Shown here: piece by piece, positions 50,949 to 63,658 of the stretch
Layout: each line of letters begins with the position of its first letter
Numbering within the stretch: position 1 is the first letter of the stretch
IMG/VR virus record: IMGVR_UViG_3300020598_000119
DNA length: 64,000 bases
Strand: one strand, 5' to 3'
Source of the DNA: a virus
Taxonomy: Duplodnaviria; Caudoviricetes
Translations under genes and position numbers: made by a program
Notes under the pieces: generated by a model
What the model saw: the letters and a program-made list of their open reading frames with translations, nothing else
Database searches by the model: none
What the model was told of the DNA's origin: nothing

Positions 50949-51173
50949 ATGCAAATTACCGTTTATAGCAAGCCAGCCTGCCCTCAGTGCTCCGCAACCA
51001 CCCGCGCTCTCGACAAGAAGGGGGTTGAATATGCCGTCGTCGACGTTTCGAAGGATCAGGACGCCTACGCACTCGTAACTGGTCTAGGCTATCGTCAGGC
51101 TCCAGTCGTCGTCGCTGGCGAAACCCATTGGGCTGGTTTCCGCCCGGACATGATCAGCTCGCTTGCCGCTTAA
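50949..51173 (+). CDS. nrdH: glutaredoxin-like NrdH
   Basis: [17 protein letters not shown] and WAGFRPD. Confidence 0.93.
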   Translation: MQITVYSKPACPQCSATTRALDKKGVEYAVVDVSKDQDAYALVTGLGYRQAPVVVAGETHWAGFRPDMISSLAA

Positions 51174-51184
51174 AGGGCTGCGCG

Positions 51185-51580
51185 ATGAGTATGCTCGTTT
51201 ATTTTTCAACAAAATCCGAATATACCCATCGCTTTATTCAGAAGCTCGGTATTGAAAATTCCCGCATACCGATCAATTCGAAAGAATTCCTGATCGCTGA
51301 AAAACCTTTTGTGCTGGTCGTCCCCACCTACTGCGATACCGCAGGTAAAGGGGCCGTCCCACAACAGGTTTTGAATTTTCTGGACCATGAAGAGAATCGC
51401 AGGAATATACGCGGTGTAATTGCTGCAGGAAATACGAATTTCGGTGCTCAATATGCAATTGCAGGAAACGTGATTAAGAGGGATTATGGTGTCCCCTTCC
51501 TTTATCGTTTTGAATTGATGGGCACGACTGAGGATGTGGCCAATGTCCAGAACGGCCTCGAAAGCTTCTGGAAGCGTTAA
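51185..51580 (+). CDS. nrdI: flavodoxin-like NrdI
   Basis: VYFST, THRF, PTY, GNTNFG and FELMGT. Confidence 0.93.
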   Translation: MSMLVYFSTKSEYTHRFIQKLGIENSRIPINSKEFLIAEKPFVLVVPTYCDTAGKGAVPQQVLNFLDHEENRRNIRGVIAAGNTNFGAQYAIAGNVIKRDYGVPFLYRFELMGTTEDVANVQNGLESFWKR

Positions 51581-51595
51581 GTTTAGGAGAATGTA

Positions 51596-53719
51596 ATGGC
51601 TAGTGAAAATGAAATCGATTATTTTGGCCTGAATGCGATGCTGAATCTCTTTGATGAGAACGGCAAGCTTCAGCTCGACAAAGATAAGCAGGCTGTCCGT
51701 CAATATTTCCTTGAAAATGTGAATAGAAACACTGTTTTCTTTCATAATCTAACGGAGAAGCTGGCTTATCTCATCGACAATGGATACTACGAAAAGGAAG
51801 TCTTTGAGCTTTATTCGGACAAATTCGTCCATGAGCTTTTTGATTATGCGTATTCATTCAAATATCGTTTCACGAATTTCGTTGGCGCGTATAAATTTTT
51901 CACCTCTTATGCCTTGAAGACTTTTGACGGCAAGCGCTTCCTCGAACGCTTTGAAGATCGCGTTGCGATGAACGCTCTGGCACTCGCTCGCGGTGACGAA
52001 AAGCTGGCCAAGAACCTCGTTCAGGAAATCATCACCCGCCGTTATCAGCCTGCTACGCCGACTTTTGCGAATGCTGGCAAGAAGCAGCGAGGCGAGCTGG
52101 TTTCGTGCTTCCTACTTCGTGTTGAAGACAACATGGAAGCTATTGGCCGCGCCGTGAATTCCGCTCTGCAGCTTTCAAAGCGCGGTGGCGGCGTTGCTCT
52201 AAACCTCACAAACCTGCGTGAACACATGGCTCCGATCAAGCAGATCGAAGGACAGTCCTCTGGCATCGTCCCTGTCATGAAGCTTCTGGAAGACGCCTTC
52301 TCTTACGCAAACCAGCTCGGATCACGTCAGGGCGCTGGTGCGGTTTATCTGAACGTCCACCATCCGGACATCATGAAACTGCTCGATACCAAGCGCGAGA
52401 ATGCTGACGAAAAAATCCGCATCAAGACGCTTTCGATTGGCGTGATTATTCCTGACATCACGTTCCACCTCGCGTCTCGCGATGAAGACATGTACCTCTT
52501 CTCTCCGTATGACGTCGAACGCATTTACGGCATGCCATTCTCCGATATTTCGGTCACCGACAAATATTATGAGATGGTCAATAACCCGAACATCAAAAAG
52601 TCGAAGATCAACGCGCGCAAGCTGTTTCAGGCTATTGCCGAGATTCAGTTTGAATCGGGCTATCCGTACATCATGTTCGAAGATCATGTGAACGCAGCCA
52701 ACCCAATCCACGGCAAGGTATCGATGAGCAATCTATGCTCGGAAATCCTGCAGGTCAGTGAAGCCAGCGAATTCAACAGCGATCTCTCCTATGCGAAGCT
52801 CGGCAAGGACATTTCCTGCAACCTCGGCTCGCTCAACATCGCCACGACGATGGACTCCCCTGATTTCGGTCAGACCATCGAGACGTCCATTCGTGCCCTG
52901 ACTGCCGTTTCGGACATGAGTGACATTTCTTCAGTCCCAACCGTCGAGCGCGGCAATAACGAGAGCCATGCCATCGGCCTTGGCCAGATGAACCTGCACG
53001 GCTATCTCGCTCGTGAACGCATCTTCTACGGCTCTGAAGAAGGCATCGATTTCACGAACATGTACTTCTACACCGTGACCTATCACGCCCTGCGCGCTTC
53101 AAATGCCATCGCCCGCGAACGAGGCGTAACCTTCAAGGGATTCGAGAAATCGAAATACGCTACTGGCGAATATTTCGACAAGTACACCGAGAAGGCTTGG
53201 GTTCCGACAACGGAGAAGGTCAAGGGTCTCTTCGAAAAGGCTGGCATCGCCATTCCAACGCAGGAAGATTGGCTTGCGCTGAAGAAGCTCATCATGGAGC
53301 ACGGCATTTACAACCAGAACCTTCAGGCTGTGCCGCCGACTGGTTCGATCTCCTACATCAACCATTCGACCTCTTCGATCCATCCGATTGTCTCGAAGAT
53401 CGAAATCCGCAAGGAAGGTAAGATCGGCCGCGTCTATTATCCAGCTCCGTACATCTCCGATGACAACCTCGAATATTATGAGGATGCTTATGAGATCGGG
53501 CCGGAAAAGATCATCGACACCTATGCTGCCGCTACGCAGCACGTCGACCAAGGCTTATCTCTGACGCTGTTCTTCCGTGACACAGCCACGACCCGCGACA
53601 TCAATCGCGCTCAGATCTACGCGTGGAAGAAGGGCATCAAGACCATCTACTACATCCGCATGCGCCAGGCCGCGTTGGAAGGTACGCAGATTGAAGGCTG
53701 CGTCTCTTGCGCCCTCTAA
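51596..53719 (+). CDS. nrdE: class Ib ribonucleotide reductase alpha subunit
   Basis: [23 protein letters not shown] and C-terminal CVSCAL. Confidence 0.96.
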   Translation: MASENEIDYFGLNAMLNLFDENGKLQLDKDKQAVRQYFLENVNRNTVFFHNLTEKLAYLIDNGYYEKEVFELYSDKFVHELFDYAYSFKYRFTNFVGAYKFFTSYALKTFDGKRFLERFEDRVAMNALALARGDEKLAKNLVQEIITRRYQPATPTFANAGKKQRGELVSCFLLRVEDNMEAIGRAVNSALQLSKRGGGVALNLTNLREHMAPIKQIEGQSSGIVPVMKLLEDAFSYANQLGSRQGAGAVYLNVHHPDIMKLLDTKRENADEKIRIKTLSIGVIIPDITFHLASRDEDMYLFSPYDVERIYGMPFSDISVTDKYYEMVNNPNIKKSKINARKLFQAIAEIQFESGYPYIMFEDHVNAANPIHGKVSMSNLCSEILQVSEASEFNSDLSYAKLGKDISCNLGSLNIATTMDSPDFGQTIETSIRALTAVSDMSDISSVPTVERGNNESHAIGLGQMNLHGYLARERIFYGSEEGIDFTNMYFYTVTYHALRASNAIARERGVTFKGFEKSKYATGEYFDKYTEKAWVPTTEKVKGLFEKAGIAIPTQEDWLALKKLIMEHGIYNQNLQAVPPTGSISYINHSTSSIHPIVSKIEIRKEGKIGRVYYPAPYISDDNLEYYEDAYEIGPEKIIDTYAAATQHVDQGLSLTLFFRDTATTRDINRAQIYAWKKGIKTIYYIRMRQAALEGTQIEGCVSCAL

Positions 53720-53738
53720 GAGTTCGAAAGGAAAATAA

Positions 53739-54761
<1,023 letters not shown>

Positions 54762-54859
54762 TACCAAATGGCCTCGAATTTCGGGGCCATTTTCTTTTGA
54801 ATTGTCCTTATACATTTATTGGAGAATAATTTGAATATAAGCACAATCTGAGTTGGACC

Positions 54860-55501
54860 ATGAAGTCCCCAAAGAAAGAGGGATATGTTTATATCCTTTC
54901 AAATCCAACGATGCCTGGAATCGTCAAGATCGGGAAAACAGTACGCGCACCAGAAGTTCGCCTTAAGGAGCTGAATTCTGCTACTGGCGTAGCCATACCG
55001 TTTAAGTTAGAAACTGTCGTAGAGACAAAAAACCCATCTTTGACCGAGCGGATCATTCACGAGCACCTCTCTTCCCGACGTATCAACCAGCGTCGAGAAT
55101 TTTTTGAGGTGTCGGTCAAAGATGCCACCAGAGTAGCCAAAGAGGCTGCCAAAAGAACACACAGCCGAATCTATTCCGGTCGACAACGAAATTTGAAGAA
55201 GTCAGTACACATAGCCCAGTTGATAGCTATTTTTGCGATATTCACCTGGACTGCGATGTTAAGCCCAGCACTATCAATCGTCGGAGCCATCATATGCGCA
55301 TGGTCCATGGCAACTCGAACCCCTCGAACTCTATGGGAGTTCCTCACCTTGCCATCAATTTTTGGAAGGTACTCGGCTGCCGCATTTCTCTTGCTGGCTC
55401 TATACCCACCTATAACTGGGCAAATCGATACCTCAAAATTCACGTTGCAGTCTCTGCAAAAGGAATATCAAGTCATTATTTTCATCGGCTCGCGCATCTG
55501 A
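54860..55501 (+). CDS. GIY-YIG (T5orf172-like) domain protein with C-terminal TM helices
   Basis: GYVYILSN...VKIGKT...REFF and a hydrophobic tail. Confidence 0.8.
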   Translation: MKSPKKEGYVYILSNPTMPGIVKIGKTVRAPEVRLKELNSATGVAIPFKLETVVETKNPSLTERIIHEHLSSRRINQRREFFEVSVKDATRVAKEAAKRTHSRIYSGRQRNLKKSVHIAQLIAIFAIFTWTAMLSPALSIVGAIICAWSMATRTPRTLWEFLTLPSIFGRYSAAAFLLLALYPPITGQIDTSKFTLQSLQKEYQVIIFIGSRI

Positions 55502-55552
55502 TGTCCCTTGCAGATGAGTAGGGTAATGTAAAAACGAATTTGGAGGGAAGCC

Positions 55553-57253
55553 GTGAAAACACAGACTATTTACCACAACGATGGCAATATCCTTTATCAG
55601 GGTAAGACGCCCACGAGAAAGATATTTGTCCGCATGCTACTTAAAAAGGGCGCTTCCTTTGCCAATGCAAATCTGTCTGGCTTTGATCTCTCACGCACGG
55701 ATTTGTCTGGAATTAATTTCGCTGGAGCAAACCTTGATTACGCAGACCTCAGAGGAAGCATCGCAGACAAGTGTGTCTTTCGCGGAGCCAGCATGCGAGG
55801 CGTATATGCCTCGGGTATATCTGCAGTCCAGGCTGATTTTAGCGAAGCCAAACTCGCGAGATATGAGAAACGTGGCAACCTGCCAACGACGTTTCATCAT
55901 GCAACCCTAACATCCTCTAAGTGGGACGGGGCCACTGTGGAGTACGCTGAATTTAACGGTGCGACCATGTCATCCGCCTCATTTGTAGGCGCTACCGTTC
56001 GTAAAACAGACTTCTTTTCGTCCGTCCTTCATAACGTCGATTGGGTCGAAAGCAGCGTAATATCAAATAATTTCTCAAGGGCTGATATGACGCCAACAAT
56101 GTCAATTGCTGGCAAACACCTGCCTGATCGCACCTTGCGTGCGACCGTATACGGCAATTTCTTCAGGGACACAGAGATCGGCGAAGGCAATGCCCAGTTC
56201 AAAAACGATAGGTTTTGGGGCAAAGCATCAACTTATCAAATCTGGGCCGCAGCCACTATTCTCGGCGGTATCGCACTGGATGCTGCCACGTCTGGAGGAG
56301 CTACGGGCCTGTCGATGGCAGCGTCGGCGGTCGGATGGGCTGGAGGCTCACTAGTGTCAAAGATTGGTGGTGGCGCACTCGTAGTCGGCGCGAGTATGCT
56401 GTTGAAATCCAAACTGGAAGACTTCCTTAAAGACACCTATTCTGGAATTCATGCTAGGTGCAACTTGCAAATCAGAAAGGCATTTGCAGAAGCATATAAT
56501 CGCGGAAAGAACCTCGAAAGCTTAGTAGCTGTGATAGCAAGCCGCTCAACTAGCAAGCTGATAGCCAGCTACATGAAGAATGCGGAAGACACCATCTTCA
56601 ATAAAATCAAAGCGACCATACAAGGCGAGCTTGAGGTGATGATATGCGACCGAAAGTCTATGGCCGAGGCCTTGGCGAAGATGTGCGATGCCATGGTAAA
56701 TCGTGCCCCGCCAGACAGAAAAATTGTCATCACGCGCGTCGAAGACAAAGATGATAACGGACCAAAGATTTTCGTCCTCAATACGGATGGAACCACCGAA
56801 GCATTTTGGTCCCATTCAGAACACGGTGAAGCGTACGTCAAATGGGACAAAAATGGCGAAAGACTAACTGGGGATGCCAATCCACGCCTGGCGTGCAGCG
56901 ATGCCGAGAGAAACAAGGCCATGGATTTCTTCATGCGCATGATTATTCTTGATAACGATGTACCAGAATTCGACTTCAACTCTGAAACTCACACAGTCAG
57001 AGCTGGTAGGGATGGATCGGCCGTAGTTTTGAGGAGATCGGACGGACGGCTAAGCAATCCTTATGGCCCAGTAATCCTGACCCCACAAGATGAAGCAATT
57101 TATCCAAAACCGAAGCACATCGATTTGACTCAGGTTGCCGAATCCGCCCCCAGGAAAGATGACGACGAGTCCTTTGATGAGGTAAATGATAACGACAACA
57201 ATCCATGCGAAGAAGAGATAGAAGATAATTCCCCGACCGTGATGCGCATGTAA
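55553..57253 (+). CDS. pentapeptide-repeat protein with a central hydrophobic Gly-rich segment
   Basis: A(N/D)L/Fxx repeats over roughly residues 30-185. Confidence 0.8.
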   Translation: MKTQTIYHNDGNILYQGKTPTRKIFVRMLLKKGASFANANLSGFDLSRTDLSGINFAGANLDYADLRGSIADKCVFRGASMRGVYASGISAVQADFSEAKLARYEKRGNLPTTFHHATLTSSKWDGATVEYAEFNGATMSSASFVGATVRKTDFFSSVLHNVDWVESSVISNNFSRADMTPTMSIAGKHLPDRTLRATVYGNFFRDTEIGEGNAQFKNDRFWGKASTYQIWAAATILGGIALDAATSGGATGLSMAASAVGWAGGSLVSKIGGGALVVGASMLLKSKLEDFLKDTYSGIHARCNLQIRKAFAEAYNRGKNLESLVAVIASRSTSKLIASYMKNAEDTIFNKIKATIQGELEVMICDRKSMAEALAKMCDAMVNRAPPDRKIVITRVEDKDDNGPKIFVLNTDGTTEAFWSHSEHGEAYVKWDKNGERLTGDANPRLACSDAERNKAMDFFMRMIILDNDVPEFDFNSETHTVRAGRDGSAVVLRRSDGRLSNPYGPVILTPQDEAIYPKPKHIDLTQVAESAPRKDDDESFDEVNDNDNNPCEEEIEDNSPTVMRM

Positions 57254-57330
57254 ACAATGTAGAACATATTGCATTCAATCAGTCTCTGGAGCAATAATAC
57301 GCAACTTATGTCTGGTTGACTGGAGTTACC

Positions 57331-57636
57331 ATGAAGAAAGTCGATGTCGCTGCCTTTGATGAGGCCATCGCAAATGCCGACGTGGCCATAATAGATTTTT
57401 ACGCCGATTGGTGCGGGCCATGCAAACAGATGGAACCCTCACTCCAGCAAATTGATAGCGAAGCCACGGCCGAAGTCATCAAGGTCGATATCGACCAAAA
57501 TCCAGAGCTTGCTGTCCGGTTCGGTATTAAGTCCATTCCTACATTATTACTGGCGAAGGACGGAGACATAATCGACGTCAAAGTCGGCACCCAAAGCGTA
57601 AATTCCTTACGGAACTGGATTGAATCTAAACCATAG
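57331..57636 (+). CDS. trxA: thioredoxin
   Basis: DFYADWCGPCK and SIPT. Confidence 0.93.
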   Translation: MKKVDVAAFDEAIANADVAIIDFYADWCGPCKQMEPSLQQIDSEATAEVIKVDIDQNPELAVRFGIKSIPTLLLAKDGDIIDVKVGTQSVNSLRNWIESKP

Positions 57637-57675
57637 GACATTCGAAGCGCCGAGGTCATTCCCAGCGCTTTTTGT

Positions 57676-59154
57676 TCACCCGATTTTGCGATTGAACGCA
57701 TCAGCCAAAACCAGTCCTATAGTAATCAACTCCTGATTATGTGACGCCTTGTTGGGCACATCATTGCCAGCAATCGCATAGGCGCGTTCGAGGAGCTTAT
57801 CTGCTGCGCCCCAATCAAGCTCAACCGCAGGAATGAGACCTTCGATCATATCAACGATCATGAACGGATGATGCTCCGCTCGCGTGGAATTAACCCACGC
57901 GTCCTGAACGTCATTTGCATTGATTTCCGGAATGGCTTTTAGAACGTCATCCGACAGCGTCCCGACAATTCCAGAGATATCTGCAGGTGACAGCGTCTCC
58001 ACCCGACCTTGTCCGCCGAGATTGAAGACCATCTTCCAACGCCCGTTGGCATTGTTCACCTCAAACGACATCCCGCTCTTGAACCGCAATTTGGAGACAG
58101 CAGCTCGGAAGGCGCGATCAGCCTTCTTGCTGTTGCTGCGAGCGCGCGTCTGAGCCGCAAATGCGACGGCACCGCCGACAGGGGCAAAGGAGGGTAGAGT
58201 GTCAGGGATGGCTTCACCTTTGACCGCCAAGCCAACCAAGTAGGTAAAGAGTGGCGGAATCGCATTACCAGCCATCTTCACGCGATCCGTCTGGCTCTTT
58301 GCTGGAAATTGATAATTCAACGGGAAAGACTGCGCGGCGGCCATCTCTCTGGCCGTCAGTAGACGATATCCGCCTTTGCCATCTGGAACGACAATGCTCT
58401 CACGAGAGACTTTGGTGCAGGTTGCCGTGACGGTGCGTGCGGTCGCATCTGGAGCGTCAGGGAAAGCCATATCGTTGTAGATAGGATGGTTTTGCTTCTT
58501 CTCCCTATTAATGCGCTCCTCTTCCCATGTGAGTGACGCGCCTGGATCGTTGTCCGTAACGTTGGAGCACAAATGGCCCCAGACTGGATCGACGCCACTG
58601 GAACAGCCTTCAACGATCTCTGCTAGCGTCGGAGCGCGACGGCCGCGCAACGCGAGAAGAGCTTCACGAGGGTAGCGCCCCGCGATGCATCGACGGCGGC
58701 GCTGTGGAACGCCCCAATCCGACATGTCAAAGACATCGATTGACGTAAACAAGTCCGCGAACTCGGCAAGAGAACCGCCCTCTCTCAGTTCAGACCGGAG
58801 GATGTCTGCAAGCCGAGGAACGTTCTCCATGACCCAGTATCGAGGCTTCTTTTCTCGAATAACGCGAAGGAACGAACGAACATCCTGCATACCGTCATGA
58901 AGATCCCCGTTGCCACCCTTATTGGCATAGGAGAACTGTGTGCAGGGCGGGCTTCCTACGATCAAATCGCAGTCAGGCACGGATGTAGGGTCCATTTTTC
59001 GAATATCAATTTCAGTTTCGGAGGTCCCGAAATTCCACTCTCTCGTCCGATTGGCTACGGGCCAAATTTCAGCAGACATAACCTGCTGCATACCTGCAAG
59101 AACCAAACCAAGCGACCAGCCGCCACCACCCGCGTAAAAATCAGAAAAACGCAT
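57676..59154 (-). CDS. DNA (cytosine-5) methyltransferase
   Basis: FYAGGGG, GSPPC, MENV, PQRRRR and AGNAIPP. Confidence 0.92.
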   Translation of the reverse strand: MRFSDFYAGGGGWSLGLVLAGMQQVMSAEIWPVANRTREWNFGTSETEIDIRKMDPTSVPDCDLIVGSPPCTQFSYANKGGNGDLHDGMQDVRSFLRVIREKKPRYWVMENVPRLADILRSELREGGSLAEFADLFTSIDVFDMSDWGVPQRRRRCIAGRYPREALLALRGRRAPTLAEIVEGCSSGVDPVWGHLCSNVTDNDPGASLTWEEERINREKKQNHPIYNDMAFPDAPDATARTVTATCTKVSRESIVVPDGKGGYRLLTAREMAAAQSFPLNYQFPAKSQTDRVKMAGNAIPPLFTYLVGLAVKGEAIPDTLPSFAPVGGAVAFAAQTRARSNSKKADRAFRAAVSKLRFKSGMSFEVNNANGRWKMVFNLGGQGRVETLSPADISGIVGTLSDDVLKAIPEINANDVQDAWVNSTRAEHHPFMIVDMIEGLIPAVELDWGAADKLLERAYAIAGNDVPNKASHNQELITIGLVLADAFNRKIG

Positions 59155-59277
59155 AATACCTCCATAATTAGATCTAGGAGGTCATTAATTCGAATATTTG
59201 TCCATCATTTTTCAATAAATATGCCGCATTTGACGATTTTTATCTGCCAAATTATCATTGTAAGAAAGGACCTCTCG

Positions 59278-59682
59278 ATGCTAGCTCCAATGACACGGCC
59301 GCCAAGCCGAATAAATAAAAAACAAATTGTTGCCTATCTTGAGGAAGAGTTGGCGGCGGATGCCCGTCGCCTGAGAAAGCAAAAAAACATTACCCTTCAG
59401 GAGTTCATCGCAGAGGCTGTCAACTCTGCTGCGGCGGCTCATGGACGACCGCCCTTACTGAAAGTTTCGAGAGTCCGGATCATCAATCGGAAAAGATCTA
59501 TCGCTAAAGCAAGTGAATCCAAAAGCCTTGCAAACTCACGGAATGGCAAAATCAGACTGGCTGGCTGGTTTGAGAAACGCGACGTCGAAAGAGTGGCTCG
59601 ATTCAAGAGCGAGATGGGCATCAATATCGAGCGCCTGATAGAGCAGGGCATCCATTTAATGATCGATCAGGCTTCGGAATAA
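59278..59682 (+). CDS. ribbon-helix-helix-like DNA-binding protein
   Basis: KQIVAYL...TLQEFIAEAVN with an AAAGGA RBS. Confidence 0.55.
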   Translation: MLAPMTRPPSRINKKQIVAYLEEELAADARRLRKQKNITLQEFIAEAVNSAAAAHGRPPLLKVSRVRIINRKRSIAKASESKSLANSRNGKIRLAGWFEKRDVERVARFKSEMGINIERLIEQGIHLMIDQASE

Positions 59683-59742
59683 GCTTGTTGTTGATTGCCA
59701 TCCAGATGCTCATCATTATTTCGATGAACACTGGAGTATGAC

Positions 59743-60381
59743 ATGACAAAGCTTTTTGAAAAACCAGAGGACTTGGGCGAGTACCTTTTCCGTATCACAG
59801 ACAATGGCGGAGCTTCCGCTGACCGCTATACGGTCGTTTTCAGCGATGGCGATTATTTCGCTTTGTCCAGCTACCCGTCTAGTCCTGTAGGCATCTCGCA
59901 ATCTGGCGAAGATATCCATGTTAGTGGTTTGGCAAAAAGAGTCGAAGATGGTCATGAAGTAGATTTAGCCCTTGGCGATCTTGAACCTCACATCGTGCAG
60001 CACATTCTTGGACGCATCAATGAAGGCTGGCGCGAGTTCCTGGAGGCCGCAGAAAACAAAGAGCCTCATGCAGTGGCCGCCACGCGCGAGGACGCCTCCG
60101 AAAACGAAGGATTGCACAACTCAGCAGGAGACGGTCTCTACTGGACCGAGAGTGGGTTTATGGTGAAACGCGACAGTGATCCAAGCGACGATTTCGGCCC
60201 CTTCACCACCGCAAGAGAAGCCTTAATTTACACCCTCCCAACCCATTACTCCCTTTCAGGACCGGAATACCATTCAACCGTCGATGATCCGAGTTCAATG
60301 AAAAAGACCGAGGGTGCGGCAGAAAAGCTCGCTGAACTGGAAGCTAAATTGAACAATGAGGCGTCAAAGCCGTCACTTTAA
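59743..60381 (+). CDS. hypothetical protein
   Basis: DNGGASADRYTVVF motif; GGAG RBS. Confidence 0.7.
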   Translation: MTKLFEKPEDLGEYLFRITDNGGASADRYTVVFSDGDYFALSSYPSSPVGISQSGEDIHVSGLAKRVEDGHEVDLALGDLEPHIVQHILGRINEGWREFLEAAENKEPHAVAATREDASENEGLHNSAGDGLYWTESGFMVKRDSDPSDDFGPFTTAREALIYTLPTHYSLSGPEYHSTVDDPSSMKKTEGAAEKLAELEAKLNNEASKPSL

Positions 60382-60443
60382 TGCTTATCCAAAAAAAAGA
60401 CCGCGAACGGTTCTGTGCCGTCTGACGGTCTTTTTAGAGTTTC

Positions 60444-61088
60444 CTACTTGCCTCGACAAATTGCCGAAGTCTTTGAATAGGCCTCATCAGTGTCGATAGA
60501 AGCATGCCTAGCATTCATTTCAGACGCGACCTTATCCAATTCACGATCAATAACGCTAGCAATCATTTGCTTTGCCTGGTCAACCACTTCATTTTGGCTA
60601 GACCCCAGAAAAGTCTTACCTGCCAATGAATTCGATACAGCCGACTTAATGCGAGAGCTTCCAGTAACGATGGCGTGCTCAATGAATGATACATGCTGCA
60701 GCTCGTGCTTGACCGTAACACGGTCGTCACAAGTTCCTTGAGCGATACCAGACGCTATATAAACCTTAATCGGGTCTTTAGCTCCAAATTGAACATTAAT
60801 ATCCCTGACAGAGCCACAAAAACGGCCTCCAGATTTGGCAACGGATGTTGATAGCTGCATTGAGTAGCTGAGGCCGCTGACAGTAAGGCCCATCATTTCC
60901 TTGTTCGTGCCAACAGATTTATTACCTAGCCGCTCAAGACGCTTGCCGTCGACCGACCGATCAATCTGGTAACCGTGATATAGCTGATCCACCTTCACCC
61001 GAGTTGCAAGTGGATCGCACGTTGCGGCTATTCCATCTGTAGAAAACATAAATGGACATAGAAGGAGGAGAAACGCTTTTCGTTCCAT
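60444..61088 (-). CDS. exported putative Zn-dependent protease-like protein
   Basis: Signal peptide and HELQH. Confidence 0.6.
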   Translation of the reverse strand: MERKAFLLLLCPFMFSTDGIAATCDPLATRVKVDQLYHGYQIDRSVDGKRLERLGNKSVGTNKEMMGLTVSGLSYSMQLSTSVAKSGGRFCGSVRDINVQFGAKDPIKVYIASGIAQGTCDDRVTVKHELQHVSFIEHAIVTGSSRIKSAVSNSLAGKTFLGSSQNEVVDQAKQMIASVIDRELDKVASEMNARHASIDTDEAYSKTSAICRGK

Positions 61089-61154
61089 AGACTTGTAACC
61101 TTAAAAAGGATATATTACATCAACATTATCCGTGAATTAAATAGGAGGTCAAAT

Positions 61155-61862
61155 ATGAGAAATTCCGGTAATCAGTACGCAGATGCATATTTCTACGATG
61201 AAGGCCTCAGGAACCATATGGTTTCCACCTACTCGCTCGTAACGCAAGGCCTGGTCGCGACTGCTCTTACCGCTACGGTCGTTGGGGGCACCAATCTGAT
61301 GGATCTTTTCGTCAGGCCAGAAGGTGGATTTACGGCCCTTGGCACGGTGGTCTCACTTGCACCACTGGCAGTCCTTCTGCTCTTCATGTTCGGCTTCGTA
61401 GGAAAAACCCTCGCCTCGACAAAGGCCGTATTTTGGACCCTGGTTCTCCTGCTCGGCCCATCCTTGGCCGTGACCGCTTGGCATTACACAGGAGCATCGG
61501 TGATTAATGCAGCACTCGCTGCCATTGCCACCTTCATGGGGGCAAGTCTCTACGGCTACACGACCAAGAAAAGCTTGGCCAGCATGGGCGCGTTCATGGT
61601 GATGGGCCTCATTGGATTGATTGCGGCTTCAATCATCAACATCTTCCTCGGCTCCTCGGCCCTAGATTTCGCTCTGTCCTGCATCGCAGTTCTTATTTTT
61701 ACGTGTCTGACTGCGTGGGAGACGCAAGAGCTGAAAGCAACTTACGGCCTGAATCTGCCAAGCGAAGAGACGGAAAAGCTGAAGTATCTCTTCGCCATCA
61801 ATCTTTACCTGAACATCATTAATCTGTTCAGGTCGATTCTCAACCTGACCGGAAGCAGGTAG
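61155..61862 (+). CDS. Bax inhibitor-1/YccA-family membrane protein
   Basis: DEGLR, YGYTTK, 7 TM helices and LYLNIINLF. Confidence 0.9.
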   Translation: MRNSGNQYADAYFYDEGLRNHMVSTYSLVTQGLVATALTATVVGGTNLMDLFVRPEGGFTALGTVVSLAPLAVLLLFMFGFVGKTLASTKAVFWTLVLLLGPSLAVTAWHYTGASVINAALAAIATFMGASLYGYTTKKSLASMGAFMVMGLIGLIAASIINIFLGSSALDFALSCIAVLIFTCLTAWETQELKATYGLNLPSEETEKLKYLFAINLYLNIINLFRSILNLTGSR

Positions 61863-61874
61863 TTATCAGTTCCA

Positions 61875-62822
61875 TCAGTCGGTGAGATCATTTCGGAGGC
61901 GTTCATACGCCTCCTTTATTTTTGGATCGTCACCTGATGGGATTTGAATAGACACTACTGCAATCAGGTCACCTTTCTCAGTGTCATCCGTATTTTTCCG
62001 CATTCCCATATCCTTCAACCGGATGCGCCGACCTTGTGGCGTCCCTCTGGGAATGTTGAACGTATACCTTTCCCCATCAGGACCATGGACATCTTTTTTC
62101 CCACCTAACACCGCTTCCCAGACATCGAGCTTTAAATGCATCTCGATATCCCTGCCCAAAACCCTGAAACGAGGGTCAGGCTTCAAAGCGATCAGTAGCT
62201 CCAGATCCCCTACCACATTATTATCCTGATTAGAGAAGCCGTTTTCGACGACAAAGCTATCGTCTGCCAAACAACCAGCGGGAAGGTCAATAACCAGCCC
62301 TGCACCAGCCTTAGTTCCGAAACCATGGCATTCCAGGCACTTACGCCGTGTCGTCTTTCCGCTACCCTCGCAGTGCGAACAAACAATCTTGATCTGCAAT
62401 GGGCCTCTATCTTTATAGGCCGAATTCCCAGTCCCGCCACAATAGGGGCAGGCGGTCGGCTGCTTCAGTCTGACAAATCCATCTCCATGGCAGGTGTCGC
62501 AATGACCGTGTGCATCATCAATTCGGTAGTGAACTCCATTCATTGCCTCATCAATCGTCAGATGAATTACTTTTATCGAATTTACCCGTCTCGGAGACGA
62601 GCGATATGAATGGGTAGACGGCCGCTCACTTGCTGCAGGTGCTTGATCCAGATTTTCAATGAGCTTGCGGTAAGCATCGTTTAACTCCTTGAACTTCCTC
62701 TCTAGAGTTAAATCGTGTCGATTGATATCAGGGTGGCACTCCTTCGCTTTTTTGCGGAAAGCTGCCGTTATTTCTTGCTTGGAGGCACCGGGTTTTACGC
62801 CTAATATCTGGTAAGAATCCAT
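61875..62822 (-). CDS. DnaJ-family co-chaperone
   Basis: J-domain HPD, four CxxCxGxG repeats and a C-terminal domain. Confidence 0.92.
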   Translation of the reverse strand: MDSYQILGVKPGASKQEITAAFRKKAKECHPDINRHDLTLERKFKELNDAYRKLIENLDQAPAASERPSTHSYRSSPRRVNSIKVIHLTIDEAMNGVHYRIDDAHGHCDTCHGDGFVRLKQPTACPYCGGTGNSAYKDRGPLQIKIVCSHCEGSGKTTRRKCLECHGFGTKAGAGLVIDLPAGCLADDSFVVENGFSNQDNNVVGDLELLIALKPDPRFRVLGRDIEMHLKLDVWEAVLGGKKDVHGPDGERYTFNIPRGTPQGRRIRLKDMGMRKNTDDTEKGDLIAVVSIQIPSGDDPKIKEAYERLRNDLTD

Positions 62823-62858
62823 TTTGCACCTTAAATCGACGTTGACTGTAACCGAGCC

Positions 62859-63605
62859 ATGAGGCTATTTCGTCAACAAAGGAGTTTTCTGATGAAAATG
62901 CTAACATCAGCCTTGGCTATTTCTCTAGCCCTTTCTTTGCCGAATACGTCTGTTGCAGCAGACAGCTTCACAAAGTTGTCCCCAGAAGATCGTAAGGCAA
63001 TCGTGGGGGAGGTCATTGAGTATTTTAAAACCAATCCCAAGGAACTCGTTGAAGCCATAATGGAATGGCGACAAAAGGCAGAGACAGCCGCAGTGACGCC
63101 AAAGTTCCCAACGCCAGTATCAGGAAATCAAACGGGTGATGTCACAATTTTTGAGTTTCCAGACTATGGTTGCGATGCCTGCAACACAGTTTCAAAAATA
63201 ATCGACAAGGTAGCGTCGGACGATAATGGCGTCGGTATTGTTCATCATGATCTTCCGAGAAGCGGTAACGTGATGGCCGTCCAAGCGTCGAGTGAGATAA
63301 TTGCGGCAAATGCGGCAGGCGCAGATTGGAAACACTTGAGACGGGTATTCCTAAATGAAGGAATACAACCTGAGACACGCCTGAAGGCACTTAATGACCT
63401 TGGCTTGGTGCCGCTGTCTCTCGATACCCCATCAGCAGCGCTCAATATCCGGAGCAACAACGAACTCGCCAAGAAGACAGGCCTGCAATCACAGCCTGCA
63501 ATAGTCATTGCGGTAGGCGATAAAGTCCAAGCTCTCAATGGAAACATCACCGAGATAATGGTTCTCGATGCAATAAAAGCGCTGAGAGCCGCACATTCAA
63601 AGTAA
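62859..63605 (+). CDS. DsbA/Com1-like thioredoxin-fold protein
   Basis: Signal peptide, NPKELVEA and EFPDYGCDAC. Confidence 0.8.
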   Translation: MRLFRQQRSFLMKMLTSALAISLALSLPNTSVAADSFTKLSPEDRKAIVGEVIEYFKTNPKELVEAIMEWRQKAETAAVTPKFPTPVSGNQTGDVTIFEFPDYGCDACNTVSKIIDKVASDDNGVGIVHHDLPRSGNVMAVQASSEIIAANAAGADWKHLRRVFLNEGIQPETRLKALNDLGLVPLSLDTPSAALNIRSNNELAKKTGLQSQPAIVIAVGDKVQALNGNITEIMVLDAIKALRAAHSK

Positions 63606-63658
63606 GACAGAAGGCTGGAATTTTGGTTCCAGCCTTCTGTCTTTTAGACATATCGCGG